A DNA stretch of 64,000 nucleotides from the human T2T-CHM13v2.0 reference genome, Homo sapiens: assembly GCF_009914755.1 (NCBI RefSeq), contig NC_060938.1. One strand, written 5' to 3'. The number at the start of each line of letters is the position of its first letter. Position 1 is the stretch's first letter. Positions 50,365 to 64,000 of the stretch are shown in pieces. Made by a program: the position numbers and the translations under genes. Below the pieces are notes generated by a model. The model ran no database searches. It was not told the DNA's origin and was given only the letters and a program-made list of their open reading frames with translations.

Positions 50365-52870
50365 GAAAGGATTTATTGAGATATAATTTACATAGAGTGC
50401 ACACGTTAATGTCTACAAGTCAATGGCTTTTCGTATATGCACAGATAAGTGGAACCATCATCACAATAAATTTTAGAGCATTTTCATCACTTCAAAAAGA
50501 AACACCACCTTCTCTAGCTGTTTACCTCCTATGCACCCATCCCCTCCTCAATTCTAAGCAACCACAAATCTGTTTTCTATCTCTATAGATTTTCCTATTC
50601 TATTTTCATCTAAATAGAATCATACAATAGGTGGCCTTTTGTGCCTGGCTTCTTTCAGTTGGCATAATGCTATCAAGGTTCATATACGTATTGGTACTTT
50701 ATTTCTTTTTATAACTGTATAATATTCAATTTAACGGATATAAAATTTTGTTTATCCAATAATATTTTTATTGACATTTGAGTTGTGTCCAGTTTTTGGC
50801 TATTTTAAATACTGCTGCTAAAAATACTTGTGTACAATTTGTGTCTGAACACCTCTTTCCAATAATCTGGGTGTATACCTAGGAATAAATTTCTGGGTCA
50901 TATGACAATTCTATGTTTAATATATTTAGAAGCCATCAAAGTATTTTCCAAAGTGGCCAATTCTAGCCATAGAGTGTCTAACTGTGGTTTTGATTTGTAG
51001 TTGCCTGATGAGTGATGCCATTGAGTACGGTTTTATGGGATTATTGACCGTTCATGTATCTTCTTGGGAAACACATCTATTCCTATCATTTATCAGTTTT
51101 GAGTTGGGATATTTGTTACTGAGTTAAAACAATTTTTCTATATTCAAGATACATATATATACAGACATATAGATACGTATTTTTCAAATATCTTCTCACA
51201 ATTTTTGAGCTGCCTTTTGACTTGCTTGGTTGTCCTTTGAAACACCAATGTCTTTAATTTTTAAGAAATTTTAAATATCTAATTTTTATTTTGTTGCTCA
51301 TGTTTTTGGTGTTACAGTTATTTCTTTGCTAGATCCAAAATCGTGAAGATTTTCCCATATGCTTTATTCTAGCTCTTGCATGTATGTATTTAATTCATTT
51401 GAGTTAATATTTTTGTATGCTTTGGAGTAAGGGTTCCAATTTATTATTTTGCAAGTGGTGATCCACGTGTACGTTGTTGACCCAGTTTGTTCAAAGACTG
51501 TCTCTTCCTCATTGAATTGCACATGGCACCACTGTAAGAATCCATTGACTATAGATACATAGTTTCATATATGGACTCTCAATTCTCTTCCTTCAATCTA
51601 TATATTTTTCCTTCATCAGTATTGTGTTGTCTTGATTACTGATGCTTTGCCGTAAGGTTTGGAGCACGGAGGTGTGAATTATCCTAACATGTTTTCTTTT
51701 TTCAAGACTATTTTGGCTGTTTTGAGTCCCTTACAATTCCATGTGTATTTTGGAATCACCTTGTCAGTTTCTAGACAGAAGTCTGTTGGGATACTTGTAC
51801 GGATTTCATCAAATCTGTAGTTCAAATTGTAAAGTACTACAATATTAAATCTTCCAATTCGTGGGTGTAAGATGTTTGCTAATTATTTAGATCTTCTTTA
51901 AACAATAATTTTTAATTTTCAGAGTAAAATCTTGTCTCATATTTTCCAAATTAATTATTATTTCTTTTTTATGCTGTTGTAAATTGAAATGTTTTCTTAA
52001 TTTCATTTTGGGGTTTTCATTGTAGATGTGTGCAATTGGTTTTTGTATATTTACCTTGTATGCTGTAATATTGCTGAAATAATTTACTAGTTCTATTGTT
52101 CGGTGGATTCCCTAAAATTTTCTATATACAAGAATGTTATTTGCAAATAAAGTTTCATTTCTTCCTGTTCAATATAAGTGACTCTTATTTCTTTACTTGC
52201 CGATTAGCCCTACATAAAATCTTTAGTACAGTGTTGACTAGAAGAGGTCAAAGTATTTATCTTATTCTTATCTCAGACCATTGCGGGAAAGTATCCTTTC
52301 TTTCACCACTAAGTTGAATGTTTGTTGTTGGCTTTTCACAGGTGCCATGTATCTGGTGTAGAAAGTTCTCTATTCCTGGTTCATTGAGTTTTTATTTTTA
52401 TTTGTAATCATTAAAGCATTTGGATTTTCTTAAATGTCTTTTCTGAATCTATCGAGGTGATCACGCAATTCTTGTTTCTTATTCTATGGATAAGATGTAT
52501 TATCTTAGCGGGTTTTAGGCTGTTAAACCAACCTGGGATGACTAGTATTAATTTCACTTTGTCATAGTGTATAATTCTTTTATATGTTGCTACATTTGAT
52601 TTGTTAGTATTTTTAAAGGAATTTTGCATTTATACTTATAGTAGTTTTATTTTTCTATGGTATTTGGACTAAATTTCGTATCAAGGTAACACTGGCCCCA
52701 CAGAATAAATTGGGAAGTGAATATTTCTCTATTTAAAAAAAGTTAGTCAAGAATTGATATCAATTAGTCAATACCAACAAATATGATCAATATTATAAAT
52801 TATTAATTTCTCTAATTTTTATTTTCTTCCTTCTGCTTGCTTTAGGTTTAGTTTGCTATTTTTTCCAGTA
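50365..52870 (-). mobile_element. L1M (L1MB/M4-type) antisense, ~2.5 kb
   Basis: Starts ttattgagatataatttacat. Antisense ORF2-like motifs follow (ttcaagactattttggct, aaatctgtagttcaaattg, tcaaggtaacactggcc). Confidence 0.82.
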
Positions 52871-53039
52871 CCTTAATGTGGAAGGTCATCTTATCTCATC
52901 CTTTCATTTGTCTTTTCATTTTCAAACTAGTGTCTTTTTAGCATCAGGTGAGCTCCCCAGGTTGGTAGTACTCCATGTTTATTGCTGTACAACAGTGACA
53001 GGTAGTACGTCCTGAAGACAATGGAAACTTAACATTCAA

Positions 53040-53226
53040 AATCCTCCTAGGTTCCACCTTATGTGATATGTCTCTTCCTTTGATTGGTCCTAATTTCTAC
53101 CCTTTCTCTATTATAAACCATGAGTACAATGGCATTCAATGAGTTCTGTGAGTCTTTCTAGTAAATTCTTGAAACTGAGGGTGTTCTGGGGAAACCCCTG
53201 AACTTGCAGTTGGTGTCAAAAGTGAG
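53040..53226 (+). mobile_element. MER21-like LTR fragment
   Basis: tgagttctgtgagtctttctagtaaattcttgaaactgagg and gcagttggtgtcaaaagtgag. Confidence 0.5.
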
Positions 53227-53844
53227 AATCGTCGTATATGGCCTCTTCCTTTGAACTTTGCAGCTGGACCCAAACTTTGCACAATTTGGGCCAGAAGTCT
53301 CGTGTTGACTTTGCAGCCTAAATTATCTTGTAGTTTGTCTAACCCTTAATAAATTTGCTTTCATCAAATATTGTATTTGTTACCCCAAAATTACCATCAT
53401 TTTTTTTCTCCAAATAACTAACACTGGGAGAAATAGCCAGCTGAATCTGTAACTCAACAGAAACAAGTGATCCATATACCATATAAGTGGCCATTTCATT
53501 TTGCCTCCTTCCACCAAATCTTAGCAACCTCAACCATTACCATGAGCCACTGTAGGCCTACCGGCTACAAACAAACAAGTGTCTTTTAAAAACACTTCAC
53601 ACTCCCATTTGATAAATTTCCCAGCAAAGAGATGCCTACTTTAACTCTATGCAAGTGGGTCATATTCGCAAAGTCTGGAGATATTATTCATGTAGTGTGA
53701 GAAAATCATCCCAGTGATGCCGGCACATTCTCCTTCCCATGATCTGCTTAGTTTGCAAACATGTTCAGGCCATAGGTGAGAGATTTGTATTTCACAGTAC
53801 AACAATTTTATGGAGGGCATTGAAACTTAGATTGAGCATTTTAG

Positions 53845-54189
53845 TACAGTCACACATCACTGAATGTTAGGGATCCGTTCTAACAGATGCATCCATAGGC
53901 AATTTCGTCGTTTTGTAAACATCACAGAGAATATTACAAACACTTAGATTGTACAGCCTACCACGTCTAGGTTATATGGTAGAGCCTCTCTCTCCTAGGC
54001 TACAAACCTGTGTACTACATTACCGTACTGAATACTGCAGGCAATAAGAACACAGTGATAAGAGTTTATGTATGTAAACATACTTAAACATAGAAAAGTA
54101 TGTAAAAATATGTATTATAATCTCATGGACCACTTTTGTATATGTAATCCATCTTTGGCAGAAATGTTATTATGCATTACATGACTCTA
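53845..54189 (+). mobile_element. Tigger3a (MER7A)
   Basis: ta-cagtca ... ctcctaggctacaaacctgt ... gtactgaatactg ... catgactc-ta; about 345 bp with terminal inverted repeats and TA flanks. Confidence 0.85.
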
Positions 54190-55676
54190 TGACAAAAATA
54201 AAATAACACATTGTAAAAAATGTACACATGTACCAAACATATTAATATTATAAAAAATAAACATATTCAGTGTAAGAATTTGTAGTGATCACAAAATATT
54301 CACAGCTCATATTTTAGTACAGTTGCAAAAGCCTAGTGCAATTACTATTTATTTCTGTGTGTATATTAAACATGTATATAATAAATATTTTTCAGGTTCA
54401 ACAATATATATCAATCCTACTGGCTCTTATAAATATTAGTTAAAATCAATTAGTAAATTCATGTATATATACACACACATGTGTATCAGTGAGTGTGTGT
54501 GCATGTATGGGTGTGAATGTAATTGTAGGTGTGTGTAAATGTAATTGGATGCATCCTAATATTTATCCTTACCTACAAGATTTCCAGGATTCATTTATTA
54601 TCTTTAGATGATGTGCATTTAAAGATTTACCAAATAAAACTCTAATCGTGGAAAATCTCAAGATGTTATTAAATTCACATTGTGCACATAATTGTTTCTT
54701 TAAATTTATGTTTCTTGCAAAACCTGCATTAACGCTCACGCACAAAATAATTTTCTAAATAAAAAATGAAAACATTTTCTCGGTCATTAATTCTTAATAA
54801 TTATTTCTCTCCAATAATTAATGTGAATTGATTCTTAATTCTTAACTATCGAATAACGTTGCCCTTCAGAGTTCTGAAACTTTTGCATGTTGTATACATT
54901 TCACTAACTAGAACAACTTCTGGAATATTGGCATTAATTAATGTCACTCAGCAATTATTGATTTCAAAGAAATTAAATACCTGAATCACAAGGGTATTTT
55001 GGCATCTAATTTAATCAAGCTCTTTGTATCATCATCTACACGTTAATTACTTAACAAACATTTCTCTGTGTGAGAAAGATTGAGCAGGTTATTGTGCTTT
55101 GTTAATATGCAACTTTTGCTTAACCTAGAGATAGGCAATGCTCCCTGTAAGGGACAAAGAGAAAAATGAATGAGCAATAGAGATGTGACAGGCATGGAAA
55201 AAGACAATACATTTATAAAACAAATAGGGCCACAGATGACGATAATGGGGATAAATCTTGAGATACTGACTCAGTTTACAACCGCACTGTATAATAGAGC
55301 AAATCATTTGTTAATTTTTTTACAAATGGAATTTAATTTAATTAAGATGAATACAGTATTTTAAACAAGGCTGGTCATCTTAAAATAAAATAGTGGAATA
55401 AAGTGATAAAACCAATGTAAAAATCATAAACATTTTATAAAGAATTTTTTCAGGTAATTTAATATTTTTGTTTATTTAAAATCACCCTAATTAAAATAAT
55501 ATCTTAATTAACAAGTAATCATCAGAAGTTTAACTAATTTTTACTTTATAATACTAGGTTTAAAAATTCTTAACTATATTTTTAAGCATATATGCTTATA
55601 TATAAAATAGACATAGGATATATATTTACATGTTCACAATATTATATTGTAATTGTTCCTATGCATGTGGTTTTTC

Positions 55677-56980
<1,304 letters not shown>

Positions 56981-59900
56981 TAGAATTAATAAGTACTTTT
57001 AAAAGGTTTCAATTTCAATGATATATATGCTTGATTTTTCTTTGACAAAGCATACATATATTGATAGGTAATAATATGAAAATCTTCTAAAGACATTACA
57101 GGAACATGAAAATGTAATTAAATACTCAATAATTTGTAATGTTTTATGTAAGCAGAACACATTTAACTGAAAATTGCTTTTATGTAATACTCAAACGAGA
57201 CTAAAAACATTTTAACTAGCGGAGTAAGTCTTGAAATTGATAATCTGAACTACATAAGAGTAGAAACTTCAGGCACTCAAATATTTGAAATGCTACAAAA
57301 TACTTATATAAACTAATATTTAAAAATTTCTGTTTGTAGAGTGCTACACAGTAATCAATATAAATGACACCTCAAGTCTTTCTCTAGCTTTGACCACATT
57401 TACTTCCTAATTTTAATTATTAATATGTTGGAGCAGTACATACAAGAGTCCGATCTTCCTTTTTAATGAGTAAAAATATATCCTTTGAGACAGCATTAAA
57501 GAAAGAGCACCTTGTATAAATTCAATGCAAAGAGACAAGATATTCTTGATTCTGAAGTCTTGTTCTTTGATACAGCAATGTAATTAATAATAAGAAGAAA
57601 AGCAGGACATAGATGTGGAGTCTATTTTAATCAAAAATTGTCTATAGATTTTGATGATAAAATTTAAAAATCTACTGTATTTAGTTAGTTACAAAAAACT
57701 AGGTTATGGGAATATATTTGATCAATAAAACACCCCTACCAAATGCTGACAAGAAAAAAAGTTAGGTACCACCTTTCTTCTCTGCAGATGGACTGAGATG
57801 GGTTAATTTGAAAGAATGCTTCCAAACCTGAGGTGACCCCTGAGAACAGCATAATCCACTGCTGTCTCTTACATTCAGTTTCTCAGTCTGTGCTCTTTTA
57901 ATTTTGGGGGGAGGGAAGCCAGTCCTTTACCCGATCTTCAGCATGATGGCAGAGCCAAGGATTGCGGACAGGTGGCAAGGTGTCTGACTTTGTTCCAGCA
58001 GCCACTTGGGCTTTCTCTGTGTCTTCTGTGCACTAGGGATAGCACCACTATTGAAAACATGTCTTTGTGACATTCTCTATGCCAGGAACTCCCAACACAT
58101 TTTCCTTGAAACTGATGAAATGAATAAAAATAAACCAAGAGGTGTGCTGTTTTTTCTGTTTCCTCCTTTCTGCAGCCCTTCTTGATCATCTAATATTTTT
58201 AAATACATTGTCGATCACCAAAAGGAGCATAAGGGCTTTATTGATTTGTAGCAGATGTATTAATAGCCCAGCCGCTATTCCTTACCTGTAGCTGCTGGGA
58301 AGAAAACCATTCTTAACACTCTACAAGGTCTCATCTCCAGAATTTGCACCTGTTTCTAGCTGAGGACTTTCTCTAGCAGCACGGGAGCTTGTGACTGGGC
58401 ATGAAGTGGGAAGAAAAGTGGGGGTAACTAAGAAGAATCTCCCTGGATTCAGTGATGTAATTCTGAGGCATGTTCCACATAGCTTCCCAGAGAATTAAGC
58501 CCAGATATCTAACACAGGAACTTGCCTCTTAACAAGTGTGGTATTGGCTTTTCTATCTTTCCTGTTTTAGTTTGTTCCCTCTTCCTTGTCTCACTTTCGC
58601 TGTGTCCTCACTCCTGCTTTAAGAATACTCAAACAAATACATTCATTTTTTTTTAGACTCTCAGAACACAGTTGATAATTGAACTTGTAATCTATGATAA
58701 TCAGCTTGGATGCTATACTGACAGGAAGATGGTGAACTCACCATGTCTAATTAAGATAAAATATAAAAATATATTGATTCATGTCCAAAGATTTAGAAAA
58801 CCTAAGCGGCAGTGTCACAATTTCCTCTTTTTAGTTTACATGGTTTCTTAAACGCCTACAAATATTTTAAAGGAAGCCTTGAGTCTAGGAAAAATTGAGA
58901 CATATGGAATAAATTACTAACACATTTCTCCTTGAAATCCATTAGATGCTTGATGATTTTTCACATATATTTCTGAATTGAAAAGCTAGTTGTGAATTAC
59001 TTTTATCAGCATATCCTTATGTAATATTTTGTTTTTAACAGTGAATTGAAGCTTTAAAGATTAAATTATTCTATCCAGAGAATAAAAAGCAATTATTTCA
59101 CAAGGAGAACATGTGTATGTTGACACGACATTTTAAAATCTAGATTTTAAAACAGGTCCTATATACTTTTGAGTCAATTAGAATATGTTTGTATCAGTCT
59201 GTCTACAGTTTTAAACCTGTCAAAACGTACTTGAACTACAACAAGTACCTTGAACACTTTTGAAATTTATTATTCCTCTGAAACTGATTAAAAGAATTAT
59301 GGTAGAGTGAAATTCTGATTGACATAATTTGGGAGAGAAATTATTCCTTGGAGATCAACCTCTGCCAAGATAGTTTATAACAACATTGAGACTTTTTGAT
59401 TTACAAAATTTGTTATATAAAAAGTACTAAGACGATGACAGATAATACACAGACTTTAATTAAAATTGTACTAAAATTAAATGTCTAAATAAATTAGAAG
59501 GGTACGTGGTATATCTAACTGTATGTTTACATATCTTAATTGTTCATTGTATTCCTAGGGTTGCTTTTGCTTTAGTTTGTAAAACGCTCTTATTTTTATG
59601 ATAATGTAGTATATACTAAATAAAGAAAAATCAGGAAGTAGAAAATGAAGAAGAAAACATTAACTATTGTCAACCAAATAAAAATTGTGCAATCTCTAAG
59701 TACATGAACTATGTATTATTTGTACAGCATGTACAATGTTTATGCTTCACAGGGTGAGGTAGATACTGCAAAACATTGAACCTGGGACAAATAAGAAAGT
59801 AAGGAAATTTTCTCAACATATTAATATTATAGAAAATGTTGAACATAACAGTTAAGATTCAAGTAATGAAAAGTGACAGTATTTAAGGAGATCTAGAGAA

Positions 59901-61099
59901 TTTAATCTATATCTGTAATGTGAGAGAAGTATTAGAATAATGCTTGTATTTCTGGATTGGCATCGATTTCTATTGAGACTGGAAACATAATAGAAGTGAG
60001 GGAAAAAGAATTTAAATTGTGGATACTTGAGTTTTATACCTAGGAGTTCGAGAAATACATCTTGTGACTATCAAAGCAGTTGGCACAAGAGTGTACAAAA
60101 TTCCCTAATTGTGCCTATGTGGAGAAGACATAGACAAACAGAGAATAGCAAAACAGAAATAGCAAAAAAGCACAAATAAATTTTACCTGTATTTTTACGT
60201 AAAAGCCAATTAGAGTAGGAAAACATGAAATTTGTGTTTTATCAAAATTTTTCCCTTTCTCATAATATAGTTGATTATATTACTGGAAAAAAATTGAAGC
60301 ATTAGTATGTTCACAAAAAAAAGTAAAATATAAGGTGAAAACCATGGGAATGCAGGAAGCAGACAAAATATACCTAAACACCGAAACTGATTTTGCCCTA
60401 TGGACATGTACCAAAATGAATGAGTGCAGTTTCCTACTGTCATACATCACATAAGACAGTAAAGAAATACATAGTTTTTCCCAACGTAAGGCATCATACA
60501 GGAGCTCCTCCCTAAAGCTAGAACCAAAATTTCTATCCTCAGTATAAAGAAGAATCAGAGGTATATTAGTCCCATTTCACATTCCCTGGAAACGGGAAAT
60601 AAAAATGACTTGAGATTGGACAGATTTAAAGAAACTCAATCATTAATGATTTACAGCAATTAATTTAAAAATTGTTTAAATGTGCAGTCCAAACATACGT
60701 CCAAACACCTTTAGGACAAGAATTAACATAATGTGGTCCCAGAATGGTGGTGCCTTTAGAAGACTCACAACAAATTCAAATTCTCTTTGGCAAATTTTCT
60801 TCCTACTAATCCTCAAAAGTGCACAAAAATAATTTTCAGAGAAAAATAAATATTTGTCATTCAAAGTCATCTAAGTACGCAAGGAAATGATATTCCACCA
60901 TTTGAAAGGGAAGTAGAAAAAGAGTACAAACAGATCCACAACGGTTCATTACTAGAAATATCACTGTTAGATTATAAAGCACATTTGCTGTAAAAAAATT
61001 TAAAATAAAATGAATATATTTTTAGGAGACTAAAAAATTGATGTAGCAAATTTGAAAACCAGTTTGTATAAAAATATTGTATTTTAAATTAAAAACTCA

Positions 61100-63240
<2,141 letters not shown>

Positions 63241-63399
63241 AGATGCATGTGTAATGTGTAATGCCTCCTTTTATAAGGAGTCAATCTGTAACATCACCTG
63301 GGCTATTTGACAACTTCAAAGTGAATGTGAGAAGGAGAGAAACAGTGAGAGAGATATATATAAAACCAGTAGAATAAACATAAAGAATGAAGGAAATAT

Positions 63400-63692
63400 C
63401 CAGGCGCCATGGTTCATGCCTGTAATCCCAGCACTTTGGGAGGCTGAGGCAGGGGGATCACCTGAGGTCAGGAGTTCGAGACCAGCCTGGTCCAACAGGG
63501 TGAAACCCACTCTCTACTAAATATACAAAAATTAGCCTGGCATGGTGGCATGCACTTGTAATCCCAGCTACTCGGGAGGTTGAGGTGGGAGGATTGCTTG
63601 AACATGGGGGCTGGAGGTTGCAGTGAGTCGAGATCACGCCACTACACTCCAGCTTGTGCGACAGAGCAAGACTCCGTGTCAAAAAAAAAAAA
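63400..63692 (+). mobile_element. AluS
   Basis: ccaggcgccatggttcatgcctgtaatcccagc ... gatcacctgaggtcaggagttcgagacc followed by poly-A. Confidence 0.92.
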
Positions 63693-63764
63693 GAGGAAAT
63701 AGTACATGAAAAAGCAGAAATAAAACAACTATTTAAAAATGCAAAAGCTCACTTTTTCAGAAAC

Positions 63765-64000
63765 ATATTAAAATATTAAATCTAAGAAATATCTAGGTAG
63801 ACTGATGGAGAAAAATACAGAAAATGCACAAAAAGAATTACCTGGAATGCAAAGGATACAAAATGTCAGCAGTTGTAGATTTTATATAAACAATGACTTT
63901 CAGTTCAACCATGATGGGGTATATTGAAAAGAATCTCTCAGAAAAAAAGGAAAAGAAAACTGTTATAAAGCTATGTACAAAATGTTAAGCACTATTGAAA
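63765..64000 (+). repeat. copy 2 of the segmental direct repeat (runs off the window end)
   Basis: Co-linear with 39589-39820, with scattered substitutions and small indels. Confidence 0.95.

Overview
This is primate, most likely human, genomic DNA. The species call rests on an L1 carrying the human-specific pre-Ta 'ACG/G' 3'UTR diagnostics. The window looks like a pericentromeric segmental-duplication mosaic. I see no intact protein-coding gene, no RNA gene, no CRISPR array and no prokaryotic-type system. Main contents: (1) a degraded, unprocessed BSND (barttin) pseudogene on the minus strand, with a clear exon 1 (36110-36294) and last exon (~10195-10582) about 26 kb apart, separated by compositionally foreign DNA and two related (CAT/CAC)n blocks; (2) an unidentified CpG island at ~19.0-20.0 kb; (3) a 3.2-kb degenerate 18/19-bp CACCTG minisatellite with an internal inversion; (4) a 2-kb CpG-rich GCAAAAAGCCGCGGCGGCGGG array near a duplicon junction at ~39589, whose flank recurs 24,176 bp later, implying a ~24-kb tandem unit; (5) a young, 5'-inverted (twin-primed) L1HS pre-Ta insertion with a 10-bp target-site duplication (TSD); and (6) many Alu, L1M, MIR, L2, MaLR/ERVL and Tigger/MER relics. 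Apart from the L1 ORF2, ERVL and BSND relics, the long ORFs in the track are most plausibly by-products of low-complexity or GC-rich sequence. All family assignments come from my recollection of consensus sequences, not from database searches.
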